Made by a program: the position numbers and the translations under genes. The notes beneath the pieces are model-generated. The model saw only the letters and a program-made list of their open reading frames with translations, did not search any database and was not told the DNA's origin. DNA of 64,000 nt from Phaeosaccion multiseriatum (taxonomy: Eukaryota > Protista > Ochrophyta, other classes), in NCBI GenBank assembly GCA_965112735.1, contig OZ218959.1:3224001-3288000 (forward strand). Reading direction: 5' to 3'. Each line of letters begins with the position of its first letter. Position 1 is the stretch's first letter. Shown in pieces: positions 33,901 through 44,645 of the stretch.

Positions 33901-36900
33901 TGTGCGCCACTCGCACTCAAGCGGCTTGACTTGATGCACTCCACTGGCGACAGGCAATGAGGCGTGTATGTATAGTTTTATTACAAAGAGGTCCTCAAGA
34001 GGATTGACTTCATGTACACGTGCGTGCGTGCGTGCGTGCGTGCGTTGGTGTGGTTGCTTACGTGCTGTGCCCCCTTAGTACTCTTCTCCCTCTCTCTCTG
34101 TGTACTTCTCTATCTCTCTCTCGTCTCTCTCTCTTCTCCTCTCTCTCTCTCTGTCCCTCTCTCTTCTGTCCCTCTCTTCTCTCTATCTGTCTCTCAATGT
34201 CTCAATCTCTCTCTCTCGTTAGGCGTGTTCCCTCTGCTCCTTGCTGTTCTGGAGCGGTCCAAAAGACACGTACGAAGGCTGCTGAAGGAGAGATGTGCAG
34301 GGCAGGAGGAGGGGGGCGGAGTGGACATCAACCACGCCAACAAGTGAGTTACGTATGCCTCGGCTGATCATTACGTATGCCTTGGCTGATAATTACGTAT
34401 GCCTTGGCTGATAATTACTTATGCCTCGGCTGATAGTTACGTATGCCTCGGCTGACAATGGACTTGCTGGATTTCTCCTCTGTACTGCCTCGTTCTTGGC
34501 GCCCTCTCAATCCCCAATGCAACCCTCTCACCCCCCCAGTCCTTTTTCAGCCCCCTGCCCTCCTCCCTTCCCTTCCCCCTCCCTTCCTCCAACCCCGCCT
34601 CGACCCCATGTTCCGTGGTGGAAGGTTCGGAATGTCGGCTCTGATGTGGGCCGTCAAGAGGAACGACTTCGTCATGGCGCAGGTAAGGGGAAGGAACAAT
34701 TCGCGCAACAGAATCAACTCGCGGAAGAATTTGCGGAACAATTCGCGCAACCGAATCAACTCGCGGAACAATGGGATCTTTCCATCCTCCATAGCACAAG
34801 AGACTCCCCTCCCTCCACAGCAAACCTCTCCCCCTGTTCCCTCCTTACCCCCCCCCTCTCCGGCCCTCCCTCTCCCTCTCCCTCTCCCTCCTCCCCTCCC
34901 TCTCTCTTTCTCCCTCTCTCTCTCTCTCTCTCTCTCCAATGTATGCATATCTCTAGCTGCTGCTGGACAAGGGCGCCGCAGTGGACAAGGAGGGATCAAC
35001 TGGGTGGACGGCCGTTTCTGTGGCCGCGAGGAGTATGAGAACGGACATGATCGACGCCATTTGTGACGCCGTGCTCAAGAGGGACAAGCTCAGGTAATAT
35101 ACTATGTAACACACGCAAACCCCACAGAGCATGCATCCACTGCTATCCATCCACTACCATCCACTACCATTCACTGCCATCCACAGCAACAGAGCCCCTC
35201 ACGCTGCCTCTCTGCTCCCATTGCTTTCTCTCAGAGACATTACTCCCTCCCTCTCTCTCTCTCCCCTCGGCATCTCTCTCTTCTCCATCCCCTCACGTCC
35301 CTCCCACTCCCTCCCTCCTCACGCACCCCCAACCCCACCAACCTAGGGGCCCAATGTTTCTCGACAAGGTCCTGAACCACCGCAGCAACATTCGCGGCGG
35401 CCTCACTGCTCTCATGACCGCAGCAAGGGCCCGAGGAGAGGGGATGGTGAGGCACCTCCTCAGGCTCGGGGCTAAACCCGGTGTCAAGGATCACCAAGGG
35501 GACACCGCCTCCGACCATGCTCTACAGGTAAGTGAGAAGCTATCCCGAGGGGGGTTGCGAGTCAGTCCCGGGTGGGGCGCGAGTCATGGGGGGGGTTATG
35601 GTCCATCATCATCATCTTCATCGTCGTCATCATTACCATCATCATCATCATCATCATCATCATCGTCGTCGTCATCATCATCATCATCATCATCATCGTC
35701 ATCATTACCATCATCATCATCATCTTCATCATCATCATCATCATCATCATCATCGTCGTCATCATCGTCGTCATCATTACCATCACCAACACCATGACAA
35801 CCGTTACTACCACCATCAGCGGGGGTTCGAGCAACCCTCACTCACTCAGTCCTGCCAAAAACTTGCACGACAGTTACAACAGGCAGTCAAACAGCACAAC
35901 AAGACTCTCCGTTTGTCCCATGCCGTGACATTCCTCTACTCAGTACCTCACGCCCCGTTCCTCCTCGCGCTCCTCACTCGCAAGAACCCTACGCTCCTCC
36001 TCCCTTCTCTCATCCCCCATCCCCGGCACTCGACCCCCCTGCCCTCTGCATACAGAGCGGGTGGCTCGATCTTGGCAACTGGCTGCGTACAACCCGCGCG
36101 GTGGGTAAGGAGGGCATCTACACGTACGACGATGTGCAAGGAGAGCGCCATCTTGCACAGCAGGGGAGCAACTTTGACAAGGCCGTGAAGACAGGAGAGG
36201 TGGGTGAGAGGATGGGATGGGGGTGTGGGCAGGGTGGGGAGGGAGGATGCGAAGGAGGAAAGAGTGGGCAGGGCATAAAGTAGTGAGGGATGGCGGCCCC
36301 CTTCAGGCTGCTGGGTGGGCCCAGTTAGCATCGGCAGGGGCAGATGCAGGGGGTCTGTTCCAAGGGGAGGAAGCACGGTGCCTCGCCACACGGGGTGCTC
36401 ACAACAGGGTGTCAGGACGACGGCTCACCTCACCACACTGGGTGTCAGGACGACGGCTCACCTCACCACACTGGGTGTCTGTGCGTCCCGTGACGAATCG
36501 TCTACTCACACACACACGCGCGCGCGCGCACACACATACACACACACACATACACACACACCACACACACACACACATACACACACGCGCACACACACAC
36601 ACACTCACACTCACAAACACACACACGCACACACACACACACACGCACACACACACACACACACACACTCACACAAACACACACACGCACACACACACAC
36701 ACACACACAGGCTGGCCAAGACCCGGGCGGAGTCTCCAGGGCAGCGGAAATTGTCAGAGAGGGCAAGGTGAGTGAAGGAAGAGAGGGGAGGGATAGAGAA
36801 GCCATGCCTCCCCTCCATAACGGATACACGATTCTTCTTTACGTTTCTTGCTCCGGCGCTGACCTGCAGGATTTACTATCTCCCTGGTCCTCTCCTTTGT

Positions 36901-39900
36901 TCGAACAGGTATGCCCTGACCAGGAGACTTCCACCGGGCACACAGCGCTGCTCACCAGCGTGTTTCAGGTCAGTCAGTAAGTCAGCAAGAATCAGTAAGT
37001 CAGCAAAGAGTATATACAATGCTACTGCTGCTGCACCACCACCTGCTGCGGCAGTATCACCAACGGCTGCTAATGGCTCACTGCTGCCCTTGCTTCTACT
37101 GCGATGTGGTGCTTCCTACCCCCCCCCCCCCCCCCCACCCCCCCCACCCACCCCAGGGATGCCTCTCCACCGTGTTGTCCCTCATCGAGGAAGGCGCAGA
37201 CGTGAGCTACGCCAACCGTAACGGCCGCACCCCCTTGATGGCAGCAGCGGTGGCAGGGCACGAGGGGATGGTACTCGAGCTACTCGAGGCGGGGGCGGAG
37301 GCGAAGACCGTGGACATCGACGGGCGGACGGCATCTTCCTATGCAGAGGTAATGTGTTTCTGGTGTCTTTCTTCTGTTGTTGAGACTAGTACAACCTGCG
37401 ACTCATTTCCCCTTCCCTCCCTCCGTCCCTCCCTCCGTCCCTCCCTCCGTCCCTCCCTCCCCGTCCACCCCCTCCGCTCTCCCTCCCTCCCCATCTCCTC
37501 CCCTCCCCTCCCTCCCTCCCTTTGCAGGACAACGGCCACAGTGCAATCAGCGCCATCCTTGCCGTGGCCGCTCTGCATGGCAATCACGCGGCTCTGCTCC
37601 ACGCGGAGGAGAAGGAAAAGCAGCAGGACGGCGAGGAGGAGAAGGAGGCAAGAGACCGGGCGATAGAGAGAATGAGTAAGTCCAAAGTCCACATTCTCAT
37701 TGTATGAGGAAGCAATTGGCCACTTCTTTAGCTTATTCCTCACCACTGCCATCTACTGCCATCCACTGCTATCTAATGCCATCCACTGCCATCTACTGCC
37801 ATCCACTGCCATCCACTGCCATCACTGCCATCCCGTCCCTTCCCCCAAGCCGGGGTGTCGCTGGACGTGCCCGAGGAGATGCTCACAGCATGGATGAGAG
37901 GTCTTCGTGCTTCCGACCTTGCCTCAGCCTCGATGGGCTCCTCCTGGGAGGTAGGTAGCAGTCTCACGGGCCGCTTCTTCTCACACTCTCTGGAGATGAG
38001 AGAGGCAGCGGCATTGGAGCAAGGGGCGTCGTCCTCGGAGTGGGTGGCGGGGGGTATGTCATCAGGGGCAGCCGTTGGTGATACGGTGGGAGCGGGGAAC
38101 AACCCTGCAGCTGCTGAGCTGCTCCTTGCGAAGATGCAGCGCGACAAAGGCGGGAAGGTGAGGGAGAGAGGGGGGGTGAGGGAGTGAGGGAGGGATGGAG
38201 GGAGGGATGGAGGGAGGGAGGGAGGGAGGGATGGAGGGACGGACGGACGGACGGAGTGAGGGAGGGAGGGAGGGAGGGAGGGAGGGAGGGAGGGAGGGAG
38301 AGAGAGAGTGAGGGGGCGGTCGGGTGGGGCGGGGTCGAGAAGAAGGAAGGAATTGAAAGAAACCATGGCCCAGGGCGCCTCGAGAAGCCCATTCCCTGAG
38401 GGTGTGATGGTTTTTCTGGGGGGGTTTTCGGTTGACGGAGGATGGCGTAGTGCCCACTCCAGACGGACTGCCGATTTCACGCGCTTTCCCGAAGTCTCCG
38501 CCCTCGCCCTCTCTCTCGCTCTCGCTCTCTCTCTCTCCCTCTACGCACACTCTTTCCCTCTGTCCCTCTCTCTCTCCCCCTGTCCCCCCCTCACGCCCCC
38601 CCTCTGCCCTCCTGCTCTCCATATATGTCACTCTCTGTCGCTCTCTCCCTCTTGGCTATGTTGCTTACATTCTGCCCCCCTCTGTTTACTTACATTCTGC
38701 CCCCCTCTGTTTACTTTGTGTCCCTCAGCCCCGATGCCCGAAATGCACTCTCTACATTCCATGTCAGGTGAGTTGTGCCCTTCATCCATTATCCTGCTCG
38801 TGATTGTTTGTGCACCCCGAAGCACCAGCTCGTGACCCGATGCCCTCCCTCCCGCTTTCTGCCCTCCCCTACCATCCCCTGCCATCCCCTACCATCCTCT
38901 GCCATCCCCTGCCATCCCCTGCTCACCGCCTGCCATCCCTTGCCATCCCGTGCCATCCCCTGCCATCCCCTGCTCATCCCCTGCTCATCCCCTGCCATCC
39001 CTCTCCATCCCCTGCCATCCCCTGCCATCCCCTGCCTTCCCCTGCCATCCTCTGCCATCCTCTGCCATCCCCTGCCATCCCCTGCTCATCCCCTGCTCAT
39101 CCCCTGCCATCCCTCTCCATCGCCAACCATCCTCTGCCATCTCCTGCCATCCCCTGCCATCCCCTGTCATCCCGTGCCATCCCGTGCCATCCCCTGCCAT
39201 CCCCTGCTCTTCCCCTGCTCATCCCCTGCTCATCCCCTGCCACCCCTGTCATCCCCTGCCATCCCCTGCCATCCCGTGCCATCCCCTGTCATCCCCTGCG
39301 ATCCCCTGCCATCCTCTGCCATCCCCTGTCATCCCCTGCCATCCCCTGCCATCCCCTGCCATCCCGTGCCATCCCCTGCCATCCCCTGCCATCCCCTGCC
39401 ATCCTCTGCCATCTCTGCCATCCCCTGCCATCTCCTGCCATCCTCTGCCATCCCCTGCCATCCCCTGCCATCCCCTGCCACCCCCTGCCATCCCCTGCCA
39501 TCCCCTGCCGTCCCACACCATCCCCTGCCATCCCATATCCGAAGCATTACGCCAACGCCGAGCACCTGCTGGCTGAGGACCCCGGGGGGTCGCAGCACTG
39601 GCAGTGGCAGAGAAGACCCGTGAGCAACCGGGCAAGGAGTAGGAGGGGAGAGGAAGACTCATCTTCGGCTGGAGACGGGGACGGCATGTCATCCTCTTGT
39701 GACAGTGCCTCCGTTGGGGGGGGGCGGGCTCCACATGGACATCATCATCATCAGCAGCAGCCGCAGCAGCAGCAGGAAGATGTTGAAGGCGCCACCAGCC
39801 ACGAACTCTACAGACGCTATCGGAATAACGTGGAGTTTAGGCATAGGCCTTTGCCGGCGGCAAAGGAGAAGGAGGGATGGAGTGAGCGCGACGGGATCGA

Positions 39901-39904
39901 GTGA
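28809..39904 (+). CDS. Multidomain protein: N-terminal acyl-CoA-binding (ACBP)-like domain, SAP-like helix pair, ankyrin repeats, C-terminal CxxCx5CxH knuckle
   Basis: Phase-consistent exons: 28809-29023, 29129-29245, 29393-29501, 29664-29738, 29917-30006, 30533-30643, 31112-31226, 31497-31615, 32036-32218, 33526-33688, 34223-34343, 34625-34682, 34957-35093, 35347-35527, 36056-36199, 36711-36767, 36909-36968, 37157-37348, 37528-37675, 37850-38157, 38729-38767, 39545-39904. Motifs: [28 protein letters not shown] (ACBP-like); [53 protein letters not shown] (ankyrin). The true start may lie further upstream. Confidence 0.78.
31616..31802 (+). repeat. (GTCA)n microsatellite beginning exactly at the GT donor; (ATCGAC)n at the 3' end of the same intron (31920-32027)
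   Basis: Direct inspection. Confidence 0.93.
32211..33240 (+). repeat. 34-bp (with 22-bp sub-unit) minisatellite containing the exon/intron junction GGCAGAAG|GTATGG
   Basis: Unit GGCAGAAGGTATGGATAGGGTATAGAGTAGAGAG, more than 20 copies, the first overlapping the exon end at 32218. Confidence 0.95.
34349..34458 (+). repeat. 22-bp minisatellite (TTACGTATGCCTYGGCTGATAA) x5
   Basis: Tandem array directly after the donor at 34344. Confidence 0.93.
38870..39532 (+). repeat. 10-bp minisatellite (CCATCCCCTG)n, about 65 copies, intronic
   Basis: Direct inspection; ends just before the acceptor at 39544. Confidence 0.96.
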
Positions 39905-40893
39905 GAAGTACAGATGGAGCGAGTGCCGAGGGACCGAGTGACGGGGGGTGGTGCTCTTGTTGTTTTTTCTTGACTTCTTTCGCGCTCTCTCGCGGTTTGC
40001 AGAGGAGCTGCCACCCTCGACGATCCCCGGGGGTCCGTGTCCCAACAAGTCAGCAAGGACGTAGCTGGAGAGAGACATAGCTACACGGCCGGGCACTGGT
40101 TCACTTGCTGGGCTGCCTGGAAGGGGACCCATCTACGGAGTCACACACCCTGCAGCGCTGAGAGTGTCGCCGGTGGAGGGGCGGGGGGTGGGGGTGATGG
40201 CAGCGGATGGCGAAGTCAGGGCTTCGGAGTCCGACACCTCGCAGCGCGATTGGTTGTGTCGCTTTTGGATGGGAAGAGATGGCACCGGATGGCTCGCAGA
40301 AGCATTGCAGCCTGCCAGCACTGCCACGGGCACATGTTCCTTTGGGGCTCTCTCCGCTGCTCTGAGGCCCGCCGCCCGCCCCTCCGCCTGATAGTTAGCA
40401 TAGCCGATGGCAGGCGATGGAAGCCTCAAGACACGCTCTGGGGTGGCAGCTGATGGTCTCCCTGTCGCCAAGCGTCCGGGGCGGGGGGAAGCGACATCCG
40501 CAGCTTCGGCTCGAGCTGCAGAGAGCAGAGAGAGGAAGAGAGAGGAAGTCCTTCGGTTATTCTCTTCCAAGGCCGAAAGTCCTCACCTGCCAAATTTCCA
40601 TCTGTGAGCCCAAATCACCAACTCACGGGGCCCCAAAATAATGCTCACAACCGCACTGCAAACGAAGGGAAACAGGACTATATTATACCTACCCCCAAGA
40701 GACAGACACGGCAGAGAGTACTCACAACCAAGCAGCAAGAGGGTCACGATAGCTTCAATAGAAAACCTATGATGTGTCCACCTCAGGAGCGACGAAACGC
40801 CTGTTCTCGTGCACAATTTTGTTACGGGGCTTCCAGCACAAGGTACAAAAGAAAGAGACAAAGGGAAAAGCAGCCGAGTAGAGGCACAGAGCG

Positions 40894-41253
40894 ATGGCGG
40901 AGGAGCACGCAAGCGCGGTGGGGGAGGCATGGTCCTCGCGTTCCCCAGAGCAGAGTGATCTGTGCCTTCTGGCCCTTGTGGCGACCTCCAATATCCAAAC
41001 ATCTCTCCCACCAACTGCCACCGCTACCAACTTGGGCCCAGATGCAGCAGGGCAGGAGGGAGGAGAGCACCAGCAGCTTCCTCAGCAGCAGCTTCCTCAG
41101 CAGCAGCTACAACAGATGTTGCTGCTCGACCCTACCCACGGAGGGGGAGGAGGGCATGACTACCTCCCTGCCGCTTCGGGGGGGGCGAGAGCGCCCCCAC
41201 ACTCGTCGCATCACGAGATGCATCAGCACCAGCCCCACCACGCGCAGCAAGAG

Positions 41254-41299
<46 letters not shown>

Positions 41300-41913
41300 C
41301 CTGCATGGTGCGGGCGGGCAAACGCCAGGAGCTCCGGATTCTATGTCCCATTGAGGGGTGCACTGCGGTGCTCCCCCAAAACTCCGAATCCTCACATGTT
41401 GAGGGGGAGGTGGACTGGGAGAGGGACGACCACTGGCCTGTGGGCACAAACAGTGGGCTATCGCCCCACAACATAAAACAGCGGGTTGTGCGCTCTGCTA
41501 AGGAGAGGGCCAACTGGGCCACGCACTGGAGAATTTGCCACTCGACGGTGGACATGCCCCAATGTATTAGACCAAAAAAGAGGGCGAAGAGCCCCTCCAT
41601 CAAGGAGAGGAGGGTGCAGAAGGCCAAGCTGCACGCACGGCGGCCGATGGTGATGCAAAGATGGACCAGCATGCTGTGGGACGATATGAGGCGTAAGTAC
41701 CCTCACCGGAAGTTGAGCGGGGTGCAGGCGGAGGTGGAGGACGCGTTGACCACCATCTTCGATGGAGAGACGAAGGGCTGCTCAGCAGCGCAAGTACGGC
41801 GCATCTTGAGTCTCGTCGGGGAAAGGCGAAGCTCTGACTATGTGCAGGCGTTTCGGGAGTGCGATGAGGAGGCGCTCGCCCACGCAGCCACACAGGCTGA
41901 GCTGAAGAAGTAA
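40894..41913 (+). CDS. Intronless hypothetical protein (339 aa) with polyQ tract and possible split C2H2 zinc finger
   Basis: Clean ATG-TAA ORF with protein-like composition; CPIEGC...HWRICH; basic PKKRAK stretch; A/T-rich sequence after the stop. Confidence 0.6.
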
Positions 41914-42728
41914 AAGCAATAGTGCAAACGTCGCAAGGTTGGCAGGGCCCACTGGGGATAGCTCAGTGGCTCCGGACGGAAGTGTCTGCTTTATTTTATT
42001 ATAAAAAGGGGGCGGATGTTGTAAGCGTACTAGCAGGAGTTTAGGGGCACTTGAGACCGTTTGTGTGAGTAGAGCAGTCGGGCGTGTGGGCAGCAGCCAG
42101 AGGGGAGACTGGATGAGAAGCACCCACACAGACTGCTGGAGTAGTCACACCATAAAGGAATACAAAGTGCCCTCGAGAGAGAGAGAGACAAGATGCAAAA
42201 CAGACTTGATTGTACGGCGGACTGAACAGTCGCATCGTCCAATTGGCCATCTGTGACTGCTTGCAGTGTGACTGCTTGCTGCCATGGGGGGGGGTTGTTG
42301 CCATTTGGGGGGGGGGAGGGCTCCTCCTACATGATCTGGCCGCCTCTCTCCCTCTGTGAAAGAGAGGCTGCACAGCCCTCCTCCTCCTCCTCCTCCTCCT
42401 TCTCCTCCTCCTCCTCCTCCTCTTCTTCTTCTTCTTCTTCTTCTTCTTTTTCGTCTTCCCTTCTCCTCCTCCTACTACTACTACTCGAACGCCTGTAGTG
42501 GTCGACGCCACTGGCAAGGCCTGCTAGGGTTGCCTGTGAGTTGCGCGCACGAGAAGAGCAATTGGCGATACAGCCACCGTGGGCGCTGAAGACTACCGGG
42601 TGGACGCAGTTTCACAGTTGGCTCCTTGGCCCAGCCCGGTCTACATCTCTCATGGAGGGGGGAGCGATGCCAGGATTAGGGTGATTGCTGCTGCGGCTGG
42701 TGTTGCTACTGTATCACCAACTGCTGCG

Positions 42729-42768
<40 letters not shown>

Positions 42769-43348
42769 GTGGTGCTGCTATTGCTGCTGCTGATGCTGCT
42801 GGTGGTGGCGGTGGTGGTCATGGTGATATGGCGGCCATCGGTGCAGTGCTCTCCCCCCTCTCCCCGCTGCTGCTCTGAGGCAGGGTGCGCCGTCGCCCCG
42901 CCGCTCCTTTCGAAGCCATCGCTGCTGCTGCTGCTGATGTTGCTGCTGTATAACCAACTGCTACTGCTGCTGCTGCTGCTGCTGCCGATAGTGGAGAGAC
43001 ACCCCTCCCACACATGCTGTCCGAAAGCCTCACAGCCCTGCAGTGCATACCGGACAATCTGCATTCCCCCTTGATGTGTCACGAGTGCGTATCTCTCTCA
43101 AGGTGCTTTGCACGTGTGAGAGCAAGCCCCCGCCATACTCGCTCGACGGCGCCGCGGCTACTCGCGCTGCTGCTGCTCATGGTGAGAGTGCCGGCGATCG
43201 GTGCAGTGCTCTCCCTCCTCGCCGTGCTGCTGCCGCCGCTGCTGGTCCACTCTCCTCTCCTCTGGTAGTCCAGGCCTGGCTCTGTCTATCTTGGCTCCGC
43301 GGAGCGAGCAGTCGAGAGAGCCGAAGGAGCCGGACAAAAGCCTGCTGC

Positions 43349-44494
43349 TCAGTCCACATGTGCCCCTGACTGAGCTGCCTCATGGAGGGCTTGGGAGTGG
43401 CTCGTGTGGTGCATCAGGTCCATGGCCGGGAAGGGAAACGCGTAGTTTACTTCAAAAAGCTGATCAAGCAAGAGTGGCGGCGGGGGAAAGAGGACAGATC
43501 TTTCGCCTTGAGACTGGAGCACTCCTTACTGGCGAGTCTATCTCTCTCTCTCTATTCTTTTTATGTATGTATGTGTCTTCTCTCTGCTCTCCCATTCTCC
43601 GCATCCAACCAAGCCCTCCTTTTACCTTGTGGTGCATGGCGTGATCAGCGGTGTCGTACAGTCTCCCCACTCGAAGCGGGATGCCGGAGTGGTCCTAGCG
43701 AGAACGGCGAGAAGATGCACGTTTGCAGGCTGGTCAGGTGTGGAAGAGACAGGGAGAAGCCAATGCTCTACGATGCATGGGCAGGCAGCCAAGCAACCTC
43801 CTTCTACATCGCCTCACCAGAATCCCGCATGAACCCATCAGCGCCATGTAGAGGAGGAATACGTGCATGTGCATGCACCACAAGAAGGGGGGGGAGAAGA
43901 GGATGAGCTGGTAACCGGCCGATTCCAGCGGGTGAATGAACATGTCGTCAAAGGGCCGCGGTTGCTTATAAAAATGGTGGAACTTGTGCAGTCGCTTGTA
44001 CAAGACGGGAAGATGCATGAGCCTGGGGAGCGAGAGGGGGACAAGGGAAAGGAGGCATGGAAGGGATGGCCGATTCAACTCGGTCTCCCAAAAGGTTGGG
44101 ACCCTCTCTCTTTCCTCTTCCATCACCTGTGCCAGTAGTACTCCGTAACGCTTTGCCAGGCAACAATGACAAAGAAGTCACGCAGCATCTGTGCCATCGA
44201 ACTCGGCTCGAACGAAACCTTTGTCTTTCCCTCTGAAATTAGGTTTGCGACCTGGCCGCAAACACATGACGCCACCCAAAGGTTTATGGAGGCGTACAGG
44301 TCATGAAGAGGGTGCCTCATGCTGTTGTGACTTCTGCTGCTATTGCTTCCGGCCTTTTTAGAAGAGAAAAGGAGAGATAACCAGGGAGGAAGACCTCTCC
44401 TCTCGGGGAAGAAGAGGCGCTGCAAGATGGCATTTGAGACGGTGTGTCCAACAAATATGGTAGTGAAGCCAAGCAGGAAGCTCTCCAGCCCCAT
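43349..44494 (-). CDS. Fatty acid hydroxylase / sterol desaturase superfamily membrane di-iron enzyme
   Basis: Exons 44494-44127, 44022-43818, 43694-43626, 43459-43349; His boxes YYWHRLMH, HKFHH, DHSG, HAMHH, and NYAFPFPAMDLMHHT. Confidence 0.88.
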
Positions 44495-44645
44495 GCGGAG
44501 GACGGAGTGAGCGGGAAGGGGGGAGAGAAGAGAGGTGGCTATATATATACAAAATCAGAAGTGGAGCGCTAAGTCCGCATGTTGGCTATACGCGTTTTAC
44601 AAATGGCGATCATTTGAGCTTCCTTTTTTTTTTTTCTCTTCCCTG
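44495..44645. promoter_or_regulatory. Putative compact bidirectional promoter
   Basis: About 150 bp between divergent ATGs at 44494 (-) and 44646 (+); contains a TATATATA tract at ~44539-44548. Confidence 0.5.

Noticed and set aside
39950-40850. Short ORFs between the ankyrin gene and the polyQ ORF
   Set aside because: No motifs or splice-consistent model to support a gene
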